A DNA stretch of 63,206 bases, counting the filler, from Rhabdomonas costata (lineage: Eukaryota), in assembly GCA_019059605.1 (NCBI GenBank). It is 26 parts of 26 records of this genome, joined end to end, with 100 filler letters (N's around TTAATTAATTAA, not from the genome) between each part and the next. Parts side by side here need not be neighbours in the genome. Positions count along the whole stretch, not along the records: positions 24,373 to 26,707 come from JAHMHO010003951.1; positions 26,808 to 29,140 come from JAHMHO010003952.1; positions 29,241 to 31,575 come from JAHMHO010003953.1; positions 31,676 to 34,010 come from JAHMHO010003954.1; positions 34,111 to 36,445 come from JAHMHO010003955.1; 21 more parts are not named here. The stretch is one strand, 5' to 3'. Each line of letters begins with the position of its first letter. Positions within the stretch are counted from its first letter, which is position 1. The notes beneath the pieces are model-generated. The model saw only the letters and a program-made list of their open reading frames with translations. It did no database searches and was not told the origin of the DNA. Positions 24,858 through 35,099 of the stretch are shown here, piece by piece. The position numbers and the translations under genes were made by a program.

Positions 24858-26228
24858 ATGACGTCCGCCCCGACGCTTTTTGTCCCATTCTGCGGCGCCA
24901 ACGTTTCCTTCGTTTTTCGCTACCCAACAATGGAGCCTTACTGCAAGCCGGACTTTCCTTTTGTAAGGGGTGTTGATTGGCGGCAAATCGCAGCCAAGGT
25001 TCTGGACAGAAGCATCCCAAAAACTTTGCTTTGGGTGGACGCGAACTTTGAGAGCGGTGACAACCGCAACCTGCAGCAAGCCTTCACCTCCGCGGGCATT
25101 CGGATAGTGAAGGCCTCTTCGACCGAGGAGGGTGTGGAGAAGTACCAAGCTCTTAGAGGAGAGGTGGGGCTGCTTCCTGAAAGCAAGTTTCGCGTCATCA
25201 CCAACAAAACCCGCATGGAGGGTGGGCAGTGGAACTACATGGCCGGGGTGGAGCTGACTACTCAACTCCGGGCAGCGGGGTACACCGGCCCTGTGCTGAT
25301 CTTCTGCGGGGACTTAGTCCATGCGCGGCTTGACGTTGAGGGACAGGTGTACGTCCTGCTGGCCAACCACAACCTCGCGGCGAAGGAGTTTGGGTGTTTC
25401 GGGACGCCCTTTTTGTACCAGCAGCCCGCGCTGGACGACGAAACGGCCTCGAGCTTCTTCGCTCAGCTGGTGAGCCAGGGCATCGAGCGCAAGGAGCAGG
25501 ACGGCTTCGTGAAGTATTACATTCCACGCGAGTCCACGGCGCTGGGGGACCCCAGCCTGCCCACCAGGATCTTCACGGAGGTCGAGGCGATGCTGAACCG
25601 CAGTGTGCAGCTGCAGGACAAGCAGGTGGTGTTGGAGCGGGTGATTCTGATTGAGAACGGTGGGCTTCGGAAGCGGTTTGTGGATGCCCTGAAGGCCCTG
25701 GATGCGGAGCCCGGGATGGATTGGCCGCAGCACCCGACCCACGATGCCTGTCTCAACATCCTGCGGTCGTTCATCCCGGAGACCAAGTTCAGGAATGCTC
25801 GGCCCTTGCTGCTGTGGCACCAGACCCGGGACAGCACCGAGGGCTGCGTGAACAAGGAGGGGTACAGGGTGGACAAGGTGGGCACCATGATTGGCAACCA
25901 AGGGTACTACGGAAAGGGCATCTACTTCACCAACTTTCCCACGTACGCGTACACGTACGCCCGCGTCCCCCGCACGGCGGTCATGAAGAAGGGCAAGATC
26001 TGCCTCCAGCTCAGCTGGGTTTTGGTGGGTCGCCCCTATCACATGACTAAGATTGAGATGGGGCGCTCCCTGGCGCCCGGGTATACCTCGCACTACGCTG
26101 TAGTGAAGAGGACTGAGCCCATCTCGAAAACCCCCACCGGACTACCCGACGGTGACGAGGTGGTCATTTTCCAAGACAGCCACATGCTGCCCATGTTCAT
26201 CGTGGAGGTGAATACTCGCTCTGCGTAA
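24858..26228 (+). CDS. Intronless PARP-type ADP-ribosyltransferase with N-terminal pseudo-receiver (REC-like) domain, 456 aa
   Basis: C-terminus LLWHQT...GYYGKGIYFT...YAYTY...VLVG...GYTSH...DEVVIFQDSHMLPMFIV gives the PARP H-Y-E triad; N-terminus LLWVDAN...FRVITNKTR...AGVELTTQLRAAGYTGPVLIFCG follows the receiver-fold pattern. Confidence 0.85.
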   Translation: MTSAPTLFVPFCGANVSFVFRYPTMEPYCKPDFPFVRGVDWRQIAAKVLDRSIPKTLLWVDANFESGDNRNLQQAFTSAGIRIVKASSTEEGVEKYQALRGEVGLLPESKFRVITNKTRMEGGQWNYMAGVELTTQLRAAGYTGPVLIFCGDLVHARLDVEGQVYVLLANHNLAAKEFGCFGTPFLYQQPALDDETASSFFAQLVSQGIERKEQDGFVKYYIPRESTALGDPSLPTRIFTEVEAMLNRSVQLQDKQVVLERVILIENGGLRKRFVDALKALDAEPGMDWPQHPTHDACLNILRSFIPETKFRNARPLLLWHQTRDSTEGCVNKEGYRVDKVGTMIGNQGYYGKGIYFTNFPTYAYTYARVPRTAVMKKGKICLQLSWVLVGRPYHMTKIEMGRSLAPGYTSHYAVVKRTEPISKTPTGLPDGDEVVIFQDSHMLPMFIVEVNTRSA

Positions 26229-29200
26229 AGACTTGCCTCCCTCCACCTCTTGGGCTGGTCTAAGCGTTTTATACCGAAGAGGCGTCAAATGGAACCCTGT
26301 CTTTTTTCATTTTCGCCGTTGGCCACTGTTAACCCCTCGAACGAAGAAATGCGCCTGTTTTTTTAATGCTCGTTTACCCAAACCAGCCTAGAATTAGGCC
26401 TTCTGCGGTTCGACCTTTCCTGGAGCAGAAGCGTAAGCTGCAGTGCGTCTTACCGCTACGATGCTGTGAAAGGAATGTTTTCGTTCGCCGTGAAACCAAG
26501 CAATGTTTTCCATAATGGAATTGAACCCCCCATTTTTCAGTGTTGGTTAGCAAAACGGTCTTACCCAACATTAAGGGGTGGAACGGGGCCAAAAACCTTG
26601 GCTGTTCAAAGTATTTGGGGCTATTTGGATTTAGGTGGCGATGCATGGTTCCCAGGATTAAAATAGAAGCTTTTTTAATCCTGGGAACCGTGCATCGCCA
26701 CCACCACNNNNNNNNNNNNNNNNNNNNNNNNNNNNNNNNNNNNNNNNNNNNTTAATTAATTAANNNNNNNNNNNNNNNNNNNNNNNNNNNNNNNNNNNNN
26801 NNNNNNNATCCACAATCGCATGTGCATGTTCATAACGTGGTCGCATACCTTACATTAATTCATTAAGTCATACCTTAACAATAAGTATCTGAACCCTTTT
26901 TCAATGCCAAGCAGCCCACTATAGAACTGCACCTGCGCAGCAATGGTCGAGTTACTCTGGAGGTTGCGGGTTTTTTTTGGAGCATTAAAAGTGGCTGATA
27001 TACGTTCAGTTGGACTTAGAGAAGCACGAAGGTAAAACGTTTTCAGACTTTGCCCCCACCACGGGATACTCGTCGCTTAGGGTGGAGACAAGTGAAGCTG
27101 CGGCCCGAGCGGGAGGGGCGCCGGGGTAGTCAAATTTTCCATGATGTTGTTTTCCGGCACAGGAGCAGGGGAGACTGCACTATCACCTCACCCCCATACC
27201 ATGTTGCCTTAACAAAACGGCTGGGTAATGTACACAAATTAGTCTTTAGTGTTTTAGTGAGATAGAAAAAACACGACCGCTCGAATACGAGAAAACCCTC
27301 GGCCCCACTCACAAAGACGTCATTCTACGACTTTCCTTCCGAGTCAACAGGATTTTCAGGCGCTTGCATGGGGCACCATTTAGACCTCCGAACGGTGGTT
27401 TCCGGCAGAAGAAAAAGAAACAACATCCACAACCCACGCAATGCTAAAAAATGCAAAGGGCGCGCATTCTAGCGCGGGAATTGGCAATAGGTACAACCCT
27501 TCGTTGACTAAAACCACGAAAAATATATCTCCTGTTGTGTGGCAGGGCGATGGTGTAGTCAACACATACCCAATAGCCGGCCTCGAACTCCATGAGCCCA
27601 ACGCGGAAATGATTGTCGAACTCCCTGAGGAAACCCAGCATTTCTGCATGAGCAAGCTGCAACTGCTGCAGCAGTTTCGAGTTGAAGACCTGCGCGACGT
27701 GATAAACGTAGGTTAGCGGGAGACTGCCCTGGCCTGGGTTGAAGTTCCCGTCCAGCAAAATAACGCGGATCAGCTGCACCAAGGAGTCCTTCCAAAGGGA
27801 GAGATTGGGCAATTGGAGTCTAGCCCTGCAAACCGCCGCGAAAAAGAATAAGAAATGGCAATGCTTTTTGTTTATCAATGAACAGCATTTCAAAGGGCTG
27901 GCAGTATTGATTCGAACTTTGCTCGAATCGGGTGTGATGTCCCAGCAAGCGGTGACGGCCTCAACTGCCTGATGATCTCACGTTTAAGCAACGTGACACT
28001 CGGCCGTGGTAAAGTTGGATTTCATTGGGGGCGGGGTATGGGATGCTGGTTGTCCCCATCAAATCAAACCGTCACCAATTAATCCACAAAAACGTCTCAA
28101 ATCTGTTGTTTCGCCGCTTTCACCTTGCCTCTCCTCACAGATCACATTCCAAGCTGTCGATTGTGTTCCGGTATCATTTGCTTTTCTGTGTCTCTCCACC
28201 CCGACGTTTTCCAACGAGCCGACTCCGCACCGCGCCGTACGGAGGACCCGCACCCGCCACCTAGCTAAGCATCGGCCTTCTTGATCAAGCGCGACAGCTG
28301 CAGGAGCGCCTAGACGCGCTCTCGAACTCGCAAACACCGAGGGCCCCGACCTACCCCGCCACCACTGATGAGGGCCATGCAGCAGGCATACAAACATGCT
28401 CCGCACCCAACTCCCACCATCACCAACTTCCGAACCCTAGCGATTGCGCTCCCAGAGCCGCTTCGTGACTGTCGGAGGTCGCCAGCTGTAGGTCACTAAC
28501 CGGGGCCAGCAGTACGATATCTCCCAGCCCCCACCTCGCCCCTGCCGCAGCTGTGGGGCTTTTCATTGGAGCTGGCAATGGCCCGTGCCCCAGACCAGCA
28601 AAACTCCTCCAGGGGAGTGGGGCCTTCGTGCAGAACCACTCCCGATGATGCCCACGCATGACTTGCTCGTCCCCGTTTTTCACAATGTTAGACCGCCAAC
28701 TGCTTTTGGTCAATTGAATTACCCCACGCGTTGGTGGTCAGTTCTCGCTGCAAACCCCTTCCGGCACCCTCTTCACCCGCCGTCTTCCTTTTGGCTGGTC
28801 CTGGAGCCCTTTTCTTGCTCACTCTTTTATCCGTCTCACACTCACTCCTCTATGCCAATTACTTTTTGGCAGTGCATTGACGACATTTGCTCGCTCATCG
28901 TATCTTCTCCAACTGACAGGGTTCCTGTTGAACGCAAAAGGTGTCACCACCCCCCACGTAAATGATCGCTTGGCTTGGCAAATCCATTGAGCCCACTGAT
29001 TTGTGTGGATGGATTGGCATCCTTTGGCGTAGTTGACCAGGGGATGTTTCTAACTGATGGTCCAGGGTGTTCTGCCGCCTCGCAGCTGGGGACGTGCGTG
29101 GCCCCGCGCGACAGCGCCCTGTGCACCCCCGGCTCGCGACNNNNNNNNNNNNNNNNNNNNNNNNNNNNNNNNNNNNNNNNNNNNTTAATTAATTAANNNN

Positions 29201-29319
29201 NNNNNNNNNNNNNNNNNNNNNNNNNNNNNNNNNNNNNNNNTGTGGTTGTGTCCCACGTTTCCCTGCTCATATGGACTTTGCCGTGTCAAAAAACCCGCAA
29301 TTCCGTTTTTCCCCTGCAG

Positions 29320-29655
29320 TCCCTGGTGAACTTCCTGCTGGGTCTCTTCGTCAGCCTGGTGCTGGCCCGGTGGTGGACGCTCCGCACCCTTTACCAGAAG
29401 AACATGGGTCTCTGCGTGAATACCGCGCGGATGGTGGCGACGTACATCCGGCTTCCGGTGGACGGTTACGGCACTCCAGAGAAGGAGGCCGCGGAGATCC
29501 GGATCAAGATTGTCCGGTACCTCAATCTGGCCACAACGATCGCCTGCCAGACGTTCAGCAACCCTGGGGGTAAGGTCATCAGGAAGGACCTCGGGGAGCT
29601 GGTCACTGATGAGGGTGTGCTGTGCGAAGGCCCAGAAGATTGGAAGAGCATTAAG
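29320..29655 (+). CDS. Bestrophin-family channel, internal exon (paralog A)
   Basis: FLLGLFVSLVLARWW...KIVRYLNL motifs; bounded by polypyrimidine-CAG and AAG|GT. Confidence 0.88.
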
Positions 29656-30355
29656 GTGGGGTGGCAGAGGATTTCTGCAGGCCTACGGGAATCGCATGCT
29701 ACAGTTAGAAGCAACGACGAATGTCACTGTGGGTTCCTTCTAGTCCAGCGTGAAAGTGCAGGATGGCCTCGTGGTGTGATGTCCAGGGTGTCCACAGTGT
29801 CCTTTCCTTCGACAGTGAAGAAAAAGAACAAGAACTTCTGCAGGCATAACCTGCAAAGATAAAAAAACTTACATCAAGGTTCGGTAATAGTTGTCTCCTC
29901 CACACGAGGGCAACCAAACAAAGCGATGTCTTGCTCGGGTGGTGTGACCGCTCACAGTCCCCGACTATTCCCTGCAAAATTTCTTCGCAGTCAAGGTTGG
30001 CACACCGGCGCATTAACAACCCTGCTGACCAGCTCTGGCTTTGCTCAGCAGCTGTTCTCTGAGGGCTGCATACTGTTGTAGTGTGCGCATTGCGTGGGGT
30101 GTGCTTTGTCGTACTGTGATTGTGGGTTAGGGAGGTGTTCGGGTATTTTGGTGTTTTTATTGTAAACCTCTCAGCTCGTTGGACCTTTACTTATTGGTCA
30201 TTGTGCTTGTTTTTCACCTCCCACCTCCCGTGTGAATGTGGGGGGCGGGGGTTAGGCGGTGCCGGAACTTTTCTCCTTGACGCAGAAAAGAAACAGAGAT
30301 AAGAATTCAGGGAGATAGCAACAACCACAGCACAGCCGGGTGCGCGTTCTGACAC

Positions 30356-31267
30356 ACTTGTGGCGGCTCTGGTAAACGGGTTTTCGAAGAACCCGAACAT
30401 CACAGGGATTCCCATGAAGACGCTCACACGGAGGTTGACCTCAAAGAAGCTCCAGAAGTACAAGTTGTATTGCATGGCACCAACATAGTTCCTGCCCGAG
30501 AACAACTTGTTTGCGGTGTAGCAGCAGATCATGAACAGAAACACGACCACGCACCAGCTCAGCACCTGAACAGCAAAAAGCATCCCCCAATCTCCCATGA
30601 CTTGAAAGAGGACCGTTGGTTTTTGCCCATATTTTTGGCCTCAGGGAGGCAACAAAACGCCGCCACTGTCTGCTCATAGCGTCAAAAAAAGGGAGCTTCG
30701 TTATGATACCTGCACGTAAGCGAAGGGTAACTGGGTGTTCAGCAGGGTCAACACATCATCCGCGCTGCGATGGATCTTTCCAATGTTTGACGACAAACGG
30801 GTCAGCATGAGGTCAGGGAAGGCCACCCTCCCTTGCTTCGAGCCTTGCCGCAGAACGGCCGTCAACCAGCTGAACACAAGCGTGTGCCGGTTTGCCACCA
30901 GTTGCGGATTCCTTAGAGCGTTCATCTCGATTTCAGTCACCAGACCCTCCCCGAGAAGCTCCTGCATCGGCTCGCCGCCCTTCTCAAACGACCGACGCGC
31001 TTCTAGCACAAGCAGTTTCTGACCCAGGTTGCAGTACCGCACAACCTCCTTTCGGATCCGAGCGTCGAGGCCGCCAAAGTCTTTAGTCGAGCCAGGGGTT
31101 CCAATCAGGCTGGCGGCCATCAGGGAGAGCTCTTCCGACCCGCTCAGAATGCTACCGTACTTCTCCCTCATGAGCCACCACCGGTTGATCACCAATGTCA
31201 TCGCCATACCCAGAAGGAAAGTCACCAGGTTTTGTAGGTTGGAGGGAGTGGCGACGAGGCGTAGCAT
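30356..31267 (-). CDS. Bestrophin-family channel (paralog B); exons 30710-31267 and ~30356-30565, possible last exon ~29720-29850
   Basis: FLLGMAMTLVINRWW...VVRYCNL...QLPFAYVQ|VL...ENPF; GT-AG intron 30566-30709. Confidence 0.9.
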
Positions 31268-31675
31268 CTGGAATTCAAAGCACGTTGTAAATAAGAACAA
31301 TTGGGAAGTGGCATCATTGCATCTAGTGTGACATCTGGCGAGCTTGTCGTCTTGCATATGATATGCTTACAACACGGCAGGATAGGAATCGTCACCTCCG
31401 TCGGACCGGTACTGCACCTTATCATGTGATTAGCGCCTCTCAACAAAACGATACCAGTGCAGAACAACGTTTGTCTGGCGGGACAAAGCTCACTGAATGG
31501 ATACGCTGAGAATCGCTGACAAACGTCACGAACTGCGCACCTGCGACGTGTTGTTGTCCGTGAAACCCACCCACCNNNNNNNNNNNNNNNNNNNNNNNNN
31601 NNNNNNNNNNNNNNNNNNNTTAATTAATTAANNNNNNNNNNNNNNNNNNNNNNNNNNNNNNNNNNNNNNNNNNNN

Positions 31676-32898
31676 GTTGGGTTGTCCCAGTTAAAATGTA
31701 ACAATATTTATTTGAATGTAATTCTTTTTTCTGGGCGTGTGAGTGCGGTTGGTGAAGGTGGGTGTTGCACTCCCATTTTGTTTAGGATAGATTTGACGAA
31801 CAGTGGGTAAAGGATTTGAGGTGGGTTTTCACTGAATTCTGCAGAAGAGGGAGAAAGTTCACCCTTGTTTTAGGAAAGTGGCGTGCTCGAATGGCCACGT
31901 TATCCACGGCCTTCTTGAGAGGGGCGGAGGGCAGCTTGTGTACGGCGTGGGTCACCGGCTCCGAGGCTGTCGTAGCGTGCGCACCGGTTGGGCGAAGACG
32001 GTCGCCTTAAGTTGGCCCCACAAGTAAAAGTCCAGTGGGGAGAGGTCCGGTAACCTCGGTGGCCAAGGGACCGTACCCCCCCTGGAAAGAACTTTTCCAG
32101 GAAAGGCGGGCTAAATCCCCACGCGTTGTGTGGGGAGCATCGTCTTGCTGGAACCAAACCGGGCGTAGGGGGATGTGGCAGCGGCGTAAAGCCGGAACAA
32201 GAAACTCGTCCAGCATCCCCTTGTACCGGGCTCCGGTCACAGTAACAGCCCTTCCCGGCACGGAACGGAAGAAGTTGGGGCCAACGGTCCCCCGTGAAGA
32301 CAGACCACACCGTAACTTGAAGTGATTGCTGGTCTTGCTCCACGAGAGCGTGAGGATTTTCGTCCCTCCCATACCGGCAGTTTTTGCTTCCTGACTTGCC
32401 CGTTTAAGTAAAAATGGGCTTCGTCCGTAAAGAGCAAAGACTGCCGGAAGGAGGGAATTCCCCACTTGTCCAGAAGCCAGCTACAAAATTGCAGCCGTTT
32501 GGCCCTATCCCCGCGCTGCAGCCTTTGAGTTAGCTGCAACTTGTAGGGGTAGAGCCGCAGCTGCTGACGTAAAAAGCGCTGGACACTGGACCGGCTGATT
32601 CCCGTCTTCGCGCTCAACCGCCGAGCCGCAGGGTCCTCCGAATGACCCGTACAGCCTCCGCTGCTGCCGGATCAGTCCGCCTGGCCCTTACCCGGCACGG
32701 GGCCCCAGGCACTCCCTACGCGCTGGAAGGCCCTGACCCCTTGCAAGCGTCTGGCGGGCCGGCACCGGCTCCCGCCCGCATTCTCTCCTGAGGGCTCGTA
32801 ACGCTCCTTCTGCTGAGCGATGATAGACCTCCACCGCATGGGCTCTCTCTTCCACCGTCCAACTAACGCAATGCATACATATTAACTGGGACACCTGG
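31676..32898 (-). mobile_element. Tc1/mariner-superfamily DNA transposon (maT/DD37D-like), frameshifted transposase, both TIRs present
   Basis: N-terminal WTVEERAHAVEVY, RRLSAKTGISRSSVQRFLR..L.LYPYK, FTDEAHFYLNGQV, WFQQDDAP, WPPRLPDLSPLDFYLWGQLK; TIRs TGTCCCAGTTAAAATGTA (31683-31700) and TACATATTAACTGGGACA (32876-32893) match 17/18; TA follows at 32899-32900. Confidence 0.92.
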
Positions 32899-33154
32899 TA
32901 CTTTGTCATTGTTGTTAATTCACCCAAGTTGCGGCCGAATCGCCGAAATTGAAAAGACAGGAACGCCCCCTTCGCCCCCGCGTTGACGTTTCAGTGCCAC
33001 GCGATACAAAACGTCTTTTTGCATCGCTTTACCCTTTGTCGTACGTTGCCTGCCATTTCAAAGGAATAGAAGGGCATTTTTTCTGTTTCCTCAGCGGTTG
33101 TTGTCCTTGTTTCCCTTTCCCTTGTTTCACAACGAAGTATTATCGCCGGTGGTG

Positions 33155-34010
33155 ATGTGTGACTCATCTGTGGCGATTTCCGGGTCGAGCTGGCCATCCG
33201 AAAGCCAGCCTGAAGGCAGCAACGATCGCAGGTGGGAGGCACCTGACCTTGGCATAACAACTGCCCGCCAGAACCTTTGCGTCTTCTCCAATGATCCTTC
33301 CACATCTGAGGAGCCAGCTCCCGGGGCAGCCCCGCAGAGTGAGGGACTTGTTGGGGGACTTTCCGAGCAGCCAGGTGGGGAGTGTGATGGTGTGTCCCAC
33401 TCGGTGAGGTCAGGATCGGAGCCAACCCAGCCCACCAGTCCTGGTCTGCAAAGCACCCAGCACAGGCCCTCCCAGGCGGTCCCAGAACTTCGCCGGAAAG
33501 TGTCTTCCTGGGGTGCCCTTTCACCAGCCGAGCGATCAGGTCCTCCTTTATGGACCAATCAGTCCTCATTTGCTTTCCCATGCTTTCTCCTTTTTTAAAT
33601 AGTTCTTCTCGTGCGCCGAATGTCGTTTGGATCCCAGTAAGGATTACAGCTGGGGAACGTCTTCGTGTCGAATTTAGTGGGTTTTCATTGATAGTCACTT
33701 GCAACCTCTCCGCTCTCCCCTTTCCCCAACCACACAAATACACACACGCTCTCTTATCCAGCGGTGCAAGTTTACCGTGAGCAGACGTTGCTGAAGCGGC
33801 AGGCCATGGCCGCTGTGGTACAGCAGGTGCTGCCTTTCCCCCCTTCTTTCTCCCGCGTCTTCACCCTTCGGTGTTCGCTCTCGGCTTCTCACTGTTTCAC
33901 TCAGGCGGAAGTGGAGTTCAAGAGAGACTGCACCTTCCAGCCTCGGATCAACTCCTCTTCGGGTCCACGCAAGCAACAGCCGGTCATACCCCCCCCCCGC
34001 GGCCACCGTT
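33155..34010 (+). CDS. Hypothetical protein; exons ~33155-33539, 33762-33826, 33905-34010
   Basis: Phase-compatible GT-AG introns; S/P-rich exon followed by AVQVYREQTLLKRQAMAAVVQQ|AEVEFKRDCTFQPRIN. Confidence 0.5.
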
Positions 34011-34118
34011 NNNNNNNNNNNNNNNNNNNNNNNNNNNNNNNNNNNNNNNNNNNNTTAATTAATTAANNNNNNNNNNNNNNNNNNNNNNNNNNNNNNNNNN
34101 NNNNNNNNNNGTTGGAGT

Positions 34119-34450
34119 GTCACTGACTATATCATTGATTCTTGTTACTAATTCTGTAATTGATTATGACATTAATTCTGTCACTGACTATATCATTGAT
34201 TCTTGTTACTAACTATGTAATTTATTATGTCATTGATTCTGTCACTGACTATGATATTGATTATGTCATTGTTTCTGACTATGACATTGATTATGTCATT
34301 GTTCCTGTCACTGATTATGTCATTGAATATGTCATTGATTCTGTCATTGATTATATCATTGTTTCTGTCACTAATTATGTCATTGATTCTGTCATTGATT
34401 ATGTCATTGTTTCTGTCACTGATTATGTCATTGAATATGTAATTGATATA
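34119..34450. repeat. 12-nt minisatellite (consensus GTCATTGATTAT; variants GTCACTGACTAT, GTCATTGTTTCT)
   Basis: Roughly 27 degenerate tandem units; open in one frame on each strand (VIDY on plus, NDII on minus). Confidence 0.9.
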
Positions 34451-34457
34451 TATATTG

Positions 34458-34762
34458 GGGCTGTGGAATTAAGAGGAAATAGACCATGAAAGACCATATA
34501 TTTAAAAATATTAAATCATATAAAAAATACATTTTTTAACATCTTATTATTGATACAAATAAATTTTATTTTTAGTATTAAATATCTAAAAATAAAATTT
34601 ATAAAAATCCTTATTTCCACAGCCCCATTTTTAATATTTTATCATATTTTTTATATTGTCCCAGTTTGCCCGTACATAGGGTATTTTTTAAATTTATTTT
34701 ATTTAAAAAATAAAAAATTTAAAATTTCAAGAATATTTTTAAAATTTTTATTACCACAGCCC
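34458..34762. mobile_element. Putative MITE-like element bounded by GGGCTGTGG/CCACAGCCC inverted repeats
   Basis: GC-rich motif at 34456-34473 (+), 34610-34627 (inverted, 17/18 match) and 34754-34762 (inverted) in very AT-rich DNA; internal perfect 17-bp stem 34559-34575/34586-34602. No target-site duplication seen. Confidence 0.45.
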
Positions 34763-34866
34763 ATCATCTTTGATTGATAAAGTTTAACATTTTGTTTTAG
34801 AGTTGATATGAGATCCATGTTAATAGATAGTTTTTTAAGCTTGATTCGTATAAATAATTTAAAAAA

Positions 34867-34874
34867 TCAATTTT
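34867..34874 (-). promoter_or_regulatory. AAAATTGA Mimiviridae-type early promoter motif
   Basis: TCAATTTT on the plus strand, ~50 nt upstream of a minus-strand ATG at 34818. Confidence 0.55.
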
Positions 34875-34952
34875 TTATATGAATTTTTAATAAATTTTAT
34901 TTATAAAAATGATATAAGAAATTTATTTATAAATCATATAACGTTATATAAT

Positions 34953-34964
34953 AAAAAAAATGAA
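34953..34964 (+). promoter_or_regulatory. AAAAAAAATGAA, variant of the early promoter motif, upstream of ORF 35100
   Basis: One-mismatch AAAATTGA variant ~140 nt upstream of the ATG, near where AT-rich spacer gives way to a more GC-rich leader. Confidence 0.4.
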
Positions 34965-35099
34965 ATAATATTTATCTGCAAAGTTCAATAAGATCAAATC
35001 TTATAGATCACTTGGTGATAACAACATCCGCTGCTTTACGATTTCTGCGCATTAACAATCGATTATCTCTTCGAAGTCCATTGCATTATCAACATCACA

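Noticed and set aside
25314-26093. Long antisense ORFs over the PARP gene (likewise over the AAA+ gene)
   Set aside because: Shadow ORFs caused by GC3-biased codon usage on the coding strand.
27441-27972. Two adjacent plus-strand ORFs as one gene
   Set aside because: Joining needs a 37-nt intron or a frameshift and no motif is recognisable; left uncalled.
34458-34762. Insert as a typical euglenid non-conventional intron
   Set aside because: The ends can pair, but the transcript-strand 5' end has CTG where CAG is expected; kept only as an unclassified inverted-repeat element.
34550-34777. 75-aa hydrophobic ORF suggesting a mitochondrial membrane gene
   Set aside because: Arises from AT hairpins, has a TTG start and no respiratory-chain motif; the neighbouring genes are not mitochondrial.
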